From: a virus
Lineage: Duplodnaviria; Caudoviricetes
Length of the DNA stretch: 44,505 nucleotides
Strand: one strand, 5' to 3'
IMG/VR virus record: IMGVR_UViG_3300048574_000139
Location: 1-44,505 of that record
The translations under genes were made by a program, and so were the position numbers. Of this stretch, positions 34,371-42,525 are shown piece by piece (the stretch's first letter is position 1; each line of letters opens with the position of its first letter). The notes under the pieces were generated by a model, which was not told the DNA's origin, did no database searches, and was given only the letters and a program-made list of their open reading frames with translations.

Positions 34371-37282
34371 TGGCGTCATTGGCAAGCAAGGCGCGCAGCC
34401 GCATCATCGCGCGGCGCTTATCGGCTAATCTGGACGGGCGTTTTGAGCCGCACGCGCAGACGGTGGCGGGCATCGCCGCGGGGCGCAATCTGGCGAGCGT
34501 CGGCGGGCGGCTGGTAGCAGCCGAGGGGCTGGATGACTACGCGCCTGGCGCGCCGGTGACGTTGAACAATGTCGGCTCGCCTGGCATGGCCGTCTACGCG
34601 CCTGCCGGCTCTAACCTGGCCGTCCAGTTTGTCGGCGGCGGGGCGTCAAGCGGCGGCGGCGGCGGCGAGGGCGGTGTCACCGACCACGGCGCTTTGAGCG
34701 GGCTGGGAGATGACGACCACCCGCAATACCTGACGGCGGGGCGCGGCGATGTGCGCTATGTCACGGCAGCGCGGCAGATTACAGCGGGCGCGGGCTTGAC
34801 TGGCGGCGGCGACTTGAGCGCGGATCGCACGTTGGCGGTGGGGGCGGGGGAGGGTATCAGTGTTGCGGCAGATACGGTTGGCCTGGCGTCCAGTGTAGCG
34901 GGCGCGGGGTTGGGGTATGCGGCAGGCGTGCTGAGTATCAACCCTGGCGAGGGCTTGGAAATTGAAACGGACGCCATTGGTCTCGCGTCCAGTGTGGCTG
35001 GCGCGGGGCTGGCTTATGCCGCGGGCGTGCTTAACGTGGGCGAGGGCGCGGGGTTGACTGTGGCCGCCAACACGGTGGCGTTAACCACGCCAGGGACGCT
35101 GGCTGTAGCGAGCACCAACAGCGCGACGGGCAACCATACGCACGGCATTACGACCGACAGCGACCCGAACGCGACCGCGGCAATTCTGGCGACTACCGGC
35201 GCGGGGCTATTGACCCTGCGCAATCTAGCCATGCGCCTGGCGGTGCAATCACAAGTCACGTTTGCCAGCGGCTTCGCGGGGTCTGGTTGGCGCATCGATT
35301 ACGGGCTGACCGAAACAGGCAAGGCCAGCGCAGAGTTTGACAACCTGACCATTCGCGGGCGGATGCGCGTGTATGAACTGTTGATTCAACAGATTCGCGC
35401 AACAAACGGCAGCCTGTTTGTGTCGAGCGCGTCACGCGTGGTCAGTGTCACCAGTGAGGCTAACCCGCTCTGGCTGGTCAATGGTTCGCAGTTGACGCTT
35501 GGCGGCGCGAACGCCAACTTTTCAGCGACCATTTACCAGGTGGCGACCGCGGAAGCGGGCGATACGGGGCGCGAGTTGTATCACGGTTTTCTGCCTGGCG
35601 ACATTATCCGCGCCCAGCGCGTCGAGTGGGACGGCTCCACCTATGACATCGTGCTGCAATCCAATTTGGAAGTGACGGGCGTCACCGACCTGTTTCATTA
35701 CCAGGCGACGATGGTAAGCGGGGGTGCGCCCGCGCCGGAATACGATTACGTGCGGCTCGGCAGCAGCAGCGACACGACCCGCCGCGGGGCGATCTACTTG
35801 ACCGCGGACGATTCCAACGCGCCATTTATCGACATTGTAGACGAGATTGCCAGTCATGCGGACTGGAACACAGCGGGCAAGGTCAAGACCCGCGTCGGCA
35901 AGCTGACCGGTATCAGCGATGTAGACTTCGGCGGCCCGCTGGATGGCTACGGGCTGTACGCCAGCCGCGCCTTTATCAAGGGGCGGATCGTTGTCACTTC
36001 GGGCAGTTTAGGCGGGCTTGCCGCGGCGGACATCAACCAGAACACGACCACGATTGACGGCGGCAAAATCACTGCCAACAGCGTGACCGCGGCGCAGATT
36101 GCCGCCGGCACGATCACAACCACCGAAATCAACTTTGTGCCCGTCCTGACCGGCAACGTGGTAGCGAGCATCAACGCCACGGCGGAAGGGCTGAAGATTG
36201 CCGCCAACCTGATCCAGATTGACGGCACAACCACGTTCAGCGCAGGTTACAACCCGACAACGAAGATCGGCAGCGGCGGCGCGGCGGCGGATGTCAACGC
36301 CAACGTGACCACGATCAGCGGCGGGAAGATCACAACCGGCAGCATCACGGCGCTACAGATTACAGCCAGCACGATCACCGCTGACAAGCTGAACATTACC
36401 AGCTTGAGCGCCATTACCGCCAACTTAGGTACAGTCACCGCGGGCAGTCTGGTGATTGGTAGCACAAATAAGCTTTGGCTGAATGACAGCAGTGACGGAC
36501 AGTTGGCAATCGGCGGGAGCACCAAGAGCGCCGCGCCGTTCCTGGTGAGCGCGGCGGGCCATCTGGACGCAATCGACGCCACGTTCGGCACGCTCAAGAT
36601 TGACACCACCGGCGCGTATGTAACTACCCAAAACACTTTCAGCATGGCGTCCGGTTACAAATTTCGCTACAACGCGACCAACGGCGGCGGTCTGCTGGCT
36701 CGCTGGGTTGAATCGTCATCTGCGAATATTTGGTTGATGAACAACAAAAACGCGCTCACTGACACCTTCGTAGATGGCAGCGCGGATTCAACCATCACCG
36801 TTTTGGGAACGGCGAGCAGCGCCAAGAGCAGCGCGATTGACCTGCGCGCCGAGCGCATTGTGAGCGGTGCGGCGAAATTTACCGGACTGAGCCTGCTGAA
36901 TACTTCCAGCGCGCGCAAAGCGACGATCCATGCTGACACCCTGGTCATTGCACCGGAGGCGGGCGGCGAATATGCGATCTGGCACTCCAATAATGATGGG
37001 CCAGGATCGGGACTGAATGCCGATACGGTAGACGGGAAAGAAGCGGCTGATTTTGCCTGGATCAATGGAAGCAACACCTTTGCATATGAGACAACTTTTT
37101 CAGCAGCGGTCAATTTCGGAAACTATATCCGGCTTTCACCTCTGTCATCTGCGCCGGCCTATCAATCTGGCTACGCGCTGATTTACCTGCTGAATGGGGG
37201 CAGCAACGCTTATCAGTTGCGGGCGAAAATCCGCAGCCCCGACGGTACAAAATTCATTGACTACCAGATTACTACTACATAG
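34370..37282 (+). CDS. Tail fibre / central fibre protein
   Basis: DHGALSGL.DDDHPQY, AGAGL repeats, FDNLTIRG..RVYELLIQQIRATNG, ITA..I repeats and GLNADTVDG. Start at ATG 34370. Confidence 0.85.
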   Translation: MASLASKARSRIIARRLSANLDGRFEPHAQTVAGIAAGRNLASVGGRLVAAEGLDDYAPGAPVTLNNVGSPGMAVYAPAGSNLAVQFVGGGASSGGGGGEGGVTDHGALSGLGDDDHPQYLTAGRGDVRYVTAARQITAGAGLTGGGDLSADRTLAVGAGEGISVAADTVGLASSVAGAGLGYAAGVLSINPGEGLEIETDAIGLASSVAGAGLAYAAGVLNVGEGAGLTVAANTVALTTPGTLAVASTNSATGNHTHGITTDSDPNATAAILATTGAGLLTLRNLAMRLAVQSQVTFASGFAGSGWRIDYGLTETGKASAEFDNLTIRGRMRVYELLIQQIRATNGSLFVSSASRVVSVTSEANPLWLVNGSQLTLGGANANFSATIYQVATAEAGDTGRELYHGFLPGDIIRAQRVEWDGSTYDIVLQSNLEVTGVTDLFHYQATMVSGGAPAPEYDYVRLGSSSDTTRRGAIYLTADDSNAPFIDIVDEIASHADWNTAGKVKTRVGKLTGISDVDFGGPLDGYGLYASRAFIKGRIVVTSGSLGGLAAADINQNTTTIDGGKITANSVTAAQIAAGTITTTEINFVPVLTGNVVASINATAEGLKIAANLIQIDGTTTFSAGYNPTTKIGSGGAAADVNANVTTISGGKITTGSITALQITASTITADKLNITSLSAITANLGTVTAGSLVIGSTNKLWLNDSSDGQLAIGGSTKSAAPFLVSAAGHLDAIDATFGTLKIDTTGAYVTTQNTFSMASGYKFRYNATNGGGLLARWVESSSANIWLMNNKNALTDTFVDGSADSTITVLGTASSAKSSAIDLRAERIVSGAAKFTGLSLLNTSSARKATIHADTLVIAPEAGGEYAIWHSNNDGPGSGLNADTVDGKEAADFAWINGSNTFAYETTFSAAVNFGNYIRLSPLSSAPAYQSGYALIYLLNGGSNAYQLRAKIRSPDGTKFIDYQITTT

Positions 37283-37291
37283 GGGGACACA

Positions 37292-37687
37292 ATGGACTAT
37301 CGCATCATCATCAACGAAGTACGCGCGGCGCTGGAAGAAAAGGCGGCGCGGGAAATGGGCGCAACCGGCAGCCAGAGCGCGGCGGATGAAATCGCCAGTA
37401 AGACGATGGAGCTTTTCGCCGCGCTGCGCAATGCCTACTTGCTCATGGGGGAGATCAACGAAATCTGGCTCGCCAACGACATCAGCGGGCAGATTATCGC
37501 CGCGGCGCAGGCGGGGAATTCCCTGGCGGGCTACTCGCCTGCGATGTGGGTGCGCTGGGGGGCGCTGCTACCAGCAGTGCAGGCGTTTTTGAACGCTGAA
37601 TACAGCGCCACATTGCCGGACGGCAGCACGAGCGCGGAGACGCCGCGTCAGACGCTCATGCGGCGCTATGTGCAGGGGCAACCATGA
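37292..37687 (+). CDS. Hypothetical helical protein
   Basis: GGGGGA SD, ORF within the operon. Confidence 0.7.
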   Translation: MDYRIIINEVRAALEEKAAREMGATGSQSAADEIASKTMELFAALRNAYLLMGEINEIWLANDISGQIIAAAQAGNSLAGYSPAMWVRWGALLPAVQAFLNAEYSATLPDGSTSAETPRQTLMRRYVQGQP

Positions 37688-37896
37688 GAGAACACCTAGA
37701 GCGCCGCAAGGCGGAATTGCAAGCGGAGTACGAGCGGGGGCGGCAGATGTTGGTTTCGATGCAGCAGGAACAGACCAACCTGGAGCAAACCCTACTGCGC
37801 ATTGACGGGGCGATGCAAGTGTTGGATGAATTGCTACGCACTGTCGTTATAGACGAGACGCGTGTAGAGGGGGTGGACAATGGCGACAATCGCTGA
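37684..37896 (+). CDS. Small coiled-coil protein
   Basis: LLRIDGAMQVLDEL coiled coil, coupled start. Confidence 0.7.
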   Translation: MREHLERRKAELQAEYERGRQMLVSMQQEQTNLEQTLLRIDGAMQVLDELLRTVVIDETRVEGVDNGDNR

Positions 37897-38566
37897 TCTG
37901 GCCGCGGCGTCCAGTGCATCAGCGGGCGACATGCTGGTCATTCGCCAGGGCAGCACGGATCGCAAAATCGACGCGGGGCTGGCAGCCTGGCTTGCCGCTA
38001 ACAATTCGTTTACTGGTACGATCACCCTGGCCGGCACCGCACCCGCCAAGTTGACGTTGACCGACATCGACAACGGTTCGGGCGGCGGACCGCGCGTGGT
38101 GGTCGGGCGCAACAATAACGCCAGCACGCCGGCAGCGGGTGCGGTGCTCCTGTACCTGCTGGGCGGCTCCTTCCGCTACCTATGGGCCGACAACAGCGGC
38201 AATCTACGTGTGAGTAGCAGCGCCGTCACGAACGCCAACGACACCGCGGGAACGGTGGTCGGTACGCAGACTTCCAGCTTGGACAGCAAGCACATTTACG
38301 GCGCGCCGCCTATCGGCGCGGAGGCATTGACGCATGTGCGGGCGGGGGCGCTGGCTGTGCGCGAATTTACCTACAAAGATGGTTCGTTCAATGGCGAGCG
38401 ATTCAGCGGGTTGATAACTGACCTCGCCCCGCGCTACGGCATGGACAGGGACGCCGATCACCCCGCGGGTAAGTCGTTGAATGTGATCAACGCTATCGGA
38501 GATTTGATGCTGGCGGTGTCCTACCTGGCGCAACGCCTGGCGGAACATGAGGCCAACCATGTCTAG
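37880..38566 (+). CDS. Short fibre protein with peptidase S74-like intramolecular chaperone
   Basis: TSSLDSK (Ser/Lys dyad)...VREFTYK...GLI...LMLAVSYL coiled-coil end. Confidence 0.8.
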   Translation: MATIADLAAASSASAGDMLVIRQGSTDRKIDAGLAAWLAANNSFTGTITLAGTAPAKLTLTDIDNGSGGGPRVVVGRNNNASTPAAGAVLLYLLGGSFRYLWADNSGNLRVSSSAVTNANDTAGTVVGTQTSSLDSKHIYGAPPIGAEALTHVRAGALAVREFTYKDGSFNGERFSGLITDLAPRYGMDRDADHPAGKSLNVINAIGDLMLAVSYLAQRLAEHEANHV

Positions 38567-41387
38567 GCGCGCCATCCTCGCCCCTATCCTCGCCCCTATC
38601 CTCGTCGCGCTGCTGCTGCTTTCCTGGCAGGTCGCGCACGCGCAGGACGGGTGCACGGTGCGCGTCGTGCCAGGGGGCGTCATGCTCCAAGGCTGCAACG
38701 TCGTCACCGCAACCCCGCCGCGCGCAACGGCAACCCGCACCCCAACAGCGACCCGCACCCCCACCAGGACGCCCGCAGCGACCGTAACGCCTACACCTAC
38801 CGCAACGGCCACCGTAGCGCCGCCAGACACGCCCACGCCCCCCAGCACGGCAACGGGGACGCCGACCAGCGCACCGACCAGCGCACCCGTAACGCCGGTT
38901 ACGCCCGCCCCGCCCCCGACCGGCGCGCGGCTTAACGCGCCTTTGCTGGATGCTGCTGAGGGCGATCCGGCGCTCGACGCCAACAACTGGGCTATCATTT
39001 GGGCCGGCCACATTTCGCCCGTCGGCGGCTACAACCAACTGCGCATTGTGGGCAGTCGCGACGCCGCGCTGCTGTACGTGCAGAGCATGACGCCCGCGAC
39101 CGACGGCGGCTTTGGCCTGAACGTCAACGGGCGCGACCTCAGCGGGACATTGCGTGACGGTTCCGGCTGGCAGTGGGGCGGGACGGGGATCGGGGGCCGC
39201 GGCTTTGGGGCCTACCGCGCCGTGCCGTGGGCCGCGCTGGGCGGCAAGCCGCAAGTCGGCGACGTGTGGCCGCTGACCTTGACCGCGCTGGACGGTTCGG
39301 CCTGGGCGGGCGCTGTGCGGTGGGGCGCGCCGGCCTATGCGGGCCAGACGGGGACGGGGCTGCTGACTGTGCCGGTCGTGGCGGATGCGTCCTTGGGCGG
39401 GGGGACGGATTGCGGCTGGGACAATGACCCGCTGACAGGGCGCACCGGCAGCTTCTTTGAGCGTTGGGGCAATGAGAGCTTAGGCGCTTACGGTTCCAAC
39501 CTCGTCAACCTGGGCAGCATCGGCTATGCCAACGTGCAAGCGCAATGGGACACGACCGACTGGCCCTGCTATGCCAAATATATCGCCCGATGGGGCGCGG
39601 TCAACCTGCCCGCGGGCGCGACCATCACCGGCGCATGGCTCGACCTGTACATGTTTGGCTATGCCTACCCTGGGCCTGCCGACGTGCAGGAATTTGCCCC
39701 GCGCCAGGTGACACAGGCTTACCAGGTGGCGGGCGCGTGGGACGAGGCGACTGTAACCTGGGACAATGCGCCGGCCCCCATTGAGAACATCAGCCGCACG
39801 GAATTTAACTGGTGCGCGGAAGGTGAGGACTGTCGTGGCGTGCGCTCGGTTGACGTGACGGAGATCGTCCGGCGCGGCGACGATACGGCGCTGTTGTACA
39901 CCGCTGCCGGCCAGTATCATTCGGGGCGCTATTTCTACACGCGCGAGGGCGGTGCACCGCCAGTGCTGCGCGTGGCTTATTCCCTGGGAGGGGGACAACC
40001 AACATGGACGGCAACACCATTTACTCCTACGGCGACGGCGACGAGGCTGCCGCCTACCGCCGCTTCTACGCCAACCTCAACAGTTTCGCCAACACGGACA
40101 CCTACGCCGATGCCTACAATAACGGCTACCGGCACGGCTACGCCGCGGCCCTCGCCGACCTTGACCGCAACGAGCGTGCCCGACAGCGGGCCGGTATCGG
40201 GCCGCGAGTTTTTCATCAGCCCCAGCGGTTCCGACGGCGCAAGCGGTAACAGCCAAGGCGCGGCCTGGAAGACCTTCAACCGCGCATGGCAAACCCTCCA
40301 GCCAGGGGACACGCTGCTGCTGATGGACGGCACATACACGGAGGCAATCAACCCCACCGTGCGCAGCGGGCAGGCGGGTGCGCCCATCACCGTAAAGGCG
40401 TTGAATGACGGCAAGGTGACGCTGGACGGTGGGGGCGTGCGCGTGCCCATCCGGCTGGACTTGAACTACTACGTGGTGGAGGGGATTGTTGCCCGCAACG
40501 GCGCGATTGCGGTGGCGCGCATCGAGGGGGATAACAACACCCTGCGCCGCGTGAGTGCATACAACGCCGACACGAACGACAACAGCGCCATCATCTTCAT
40601 TTGGGGCGACGGCAACCTGCTGGAGGACGTGGCCGCGGCGGGGACAGGGCGCTATGGCATCGAAAGCTACCAGTCTGTCAACAACACGATCCGCCGCGTC
40701 TTCGTCATGCCTTCCGGCTGGGATGGGCGTGCGTTCTGCGGCGTGCAGTGGCCCTACATTGTCGGGTTGGGCGTCTACAACTCGTCCGGCACGACGGTAG
40801 AGCACGCCATCACCTACGGGCGCGCGTCGCAGGCGGGCATCATGGTGCAAGCCAACGCCGACGGGGTGACGGCGGACAATAACGCGGTCTTGGGCAGCAT
40901 GGCCCTCCTTTCAGGGCGCGACGCGGACGGGAGCGTCTGGACATATGGCACAGGTCTTGCGCAGCCGAGTGCGCGGCCAGGGCCAACCAGTTGCACCGTG
41001 GTCACGCAATGGGCCTGGGGTACGCAGCGCGTCGGCTTCCTGCTGTGGGGGCAAGGGACGCTGCGTAATAACGTCTTCCGCGATGTGGTGGCAGCGGACA
41101 ACATGGGGGTAGGGTTTGCGGCAGTGCGGCCTTACGTTAGCGGTGGAGTGGCGGGCAACGTGCTGGAACGCGCGACGCTCGTCCGCAACGGGGCCGGCGC
41201 GGAACCCTGGGAGGCGGCGCAGGGCGGGCAACTCTACAACGGCCTGGGCGTGCAGGTTGTGGCGGGCGCGCCGCAACGGGACAGGCTGCCGCCGACCCCG
41301 TGGCCGATGGAGGCGCGCATCCGCACCGAGCTTGGCGTCTCAGTAGAGGCCATCATTACCAAGTACAGCCAGGGGGCGGGGGACTAA
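38559..41387 (+). CDS. Signal-peptide protein with Pro/Thr linkers, DNRLRE-like domain and right-handed beta-helix (pectate lyase-like)
   Basis: ...LLLLSWQVAHA|Q, TPT repeats, LPAGATITGAWLDLY...WDEATVTWDNAP and FFISPSGSD...WKTF..A...LQPGDTLLLMDGTY. Confidence 0.8.
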   Translation: MSRRAILAPILAPILVALLLLSWQVAHAQDGCTVRVVPGGVMLQGCNVVTATPPRATATRTPTATRTPTRTPAATVTPTPTATATVAPPDTPTPPSTATGTPTSAPTSAPVTPVTPAPPPTGARLNAPLLDAAEGDPALDANNWAIIWAGHISPVGGYNQLRIVGSRDAALLYVQSMTPATDGGFGLNVNGRDLSGTLRDGSGWQWGGTGIGGRGFGAYRAVPWAALGGKPQVGDVWPLTLTALDGSAWAGAVRWGAPAYAGQTGTGLLTVPVVADASLGGGTDCGWDNDPLTGRTGSFFERWGNESLGAYGSNLVNLGSIGYANVQAQWDTTDWPCYAKYIARWGAVNLPAGATITGAWLDLYMFGYAYPGPADVQEFAPRQVTQAYQVAGAWDEATVTWDNAPAPIENISRTEFNWCAEGEDCRGVRSVDVTEIVRRGDDTALLYTAAGQYHSGRYFYTREGGAPPVLRVAYSLGGGQPTWTATPFTPTATATRLPPTAASTPTSTVSPTRTPTPMPTITATGTATPRPSPTLTATSVPDSGPVSGREFFISPSGSDGASGNSQGAAWKTFNRAWQTLQPGDTLLLMDGTYTEAINPTVRSGQAGAPITVKALNDGKVTLDGGGVRVPIRLDLNYYVVEGIVARNGAIAVARIEGDNNTLRRVSAYNADTNDNSAIIFIWGDGNLLEDVAAAGTGRYGIESYQSVNNTIRRVFVMPSGWDGRAFCGVQWPYIVGLGVYNSSGTTVEHAITYGRASQAGIMVQANADGVTADNNAVLGSMALLSGRDADGSVWTYGTGLAQPSARPGPTSCTVVTQWAWGTQRVGFLLWGQGTLRNNVFRDVVAADNMGVGFAAVRPYVSGGVAGNVLERATLVRNGAGAEPWEAAQGGQLYNGLGVQVVAGAPQRDRLPPTPWPMEARIRTELGVSVEAIITKYSQGAGD

Positions 41388-42040
41388 TGGCACTTCCGGC
41401 GACCGACGCCTTCACCGCGGCGAGCGATGCGGCGCTGCAAACCTACTCGTCCAACTGGACGATCAACATGGGCGGCTTCAACGTCAGCGCGGCCAGCGAC
41501 TATGTGCAGAGCGACACCGGCGACTACAGTGCCGCGCACTGGAACGCGGACACGTTCAGCGCTGACCAGTATGCGCAGGTCAAGGTCAGCCTGCGCGCCA
41601 CTTCCTCGGACTGGGTGGGGCCGGCAGTGCGCGCGGCGGCCAGCGGCGGTACATTCTATGGCGTGTTCGCCTCGACCAACTACGGCGATCCGCAGGTGTT
41701 TCTATCCAAGTTGGTGAGCGGCAGTGTCACCGACCTGGCTTCGGTCGGCCTAACGTTGACCGCGGGCGATGTGATCCGCCTGGAGGTGACGGGGACTGCG
41801 CCGGCGACGCTCACGGTCAAGCGCAACGGGACGGCCATTACCGGCCTGACCAGCATCAGCGACAGTTCCAGTCCGCTGACGGCGGGGTACGCCGGCTTCT
41901 GCTGCTATGCCGAGCCAGGGGATACGGCCACCTGGATGGACGATTTCGAGGGCGGCAACCTGGGCGGGGGTGCGGTCGATTTGCTGCCGGTGCAGGTGTT
42001 TCGCCCGCGGCGCTATTTCACGATTGATTCCTGGAGGTAA
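41387..42040 (+). CDS. ConA/lectin-like beta-sandwich protein
   Basis: DQYAQVKV...GPAVR...GDVIRLEVTG..LTVKRNG...G..G...DDFEGG. TAATG coupling. Confidence 0.7.
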   Translation: MALPATDAFTAASDAALQTYSSNWTINMGGFNVSAASDYVQSDTGDYSAAHWNADTFSADQYAQVKVSLRATSSDWVGPAVRAAASGGTFYGVFASTNYGDPQVFLSKLVSGSVTDLASVGLTLTAGDVIRLEVTGTAPATLTVKRNGTAITGLTSISDSSSPLTAGYAGFCCYAEPGDTATWMDDFEGGNLGGGAVDLLPVQVFRPRRYFTIDSWR

Positions 42041-42042
42041 GC

Positions 42043-42522
42043 ATGGGACGGTACTACGCAGTAAATTTCAGCGCCGTGGCGGTGTCGGCGGCGCAAGACC
42101 TGTTCGAGCTGAACGCGCCGGCCAACGCGGCGGCGCGCATCCGGCTGCACAGTTTGAGCCTGATCCAGACCAGCGATGTGGCGGCGGCTGACAGCGAGGT
42201 GCTGCGCGTGACGGTCAAGCGCTCGTCATCCGCCAGCACGTCCGGCAGCGGCGGGTCTGCGCCCACGCCCACGCCATTGGAGAGCGGCGACCCCGCGGCG
42301 ACGTTCGCGGCGGAGGTCAACAACACGACGCAGGTGACGGGCGGCACGACGGTTGTGCTGGTCGAGACGGGCTTCAATGTCCTGGCGGGCCTGGAGTGGG
42401 CGCTGCCGATCCCGCCCGACCGGCGACCCAGCGCGGTGAACGGTGAGCGGCTGGTAGTGAGCCTCACCGCCCCCGCCGACGCGTTGACCATGAGCGGGAC
42501 GGCCATTGTCGAAGAGGGCTAA
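42043..42522 (+). CDS. Beta-rich structural protein
   Basis: GGAGG SD, jelly-roll-like composition. Confidence 0.7.
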   Translation: MGRYYAVNFSAVAVSAAQDLFELNAPANAAARIRLHSLSLIQTSDVAAADSEVLRVTVKRSSSASTSGSGGSAPTPTPLESGDPAATFAAEVNNTTQVTGGTTVVLVETGFNVLAGLEWALPIPPDRRPSAVNGERLVVSLTAPADALTMSGTAIVEEG

Positions 42523-42525
42523 CGC

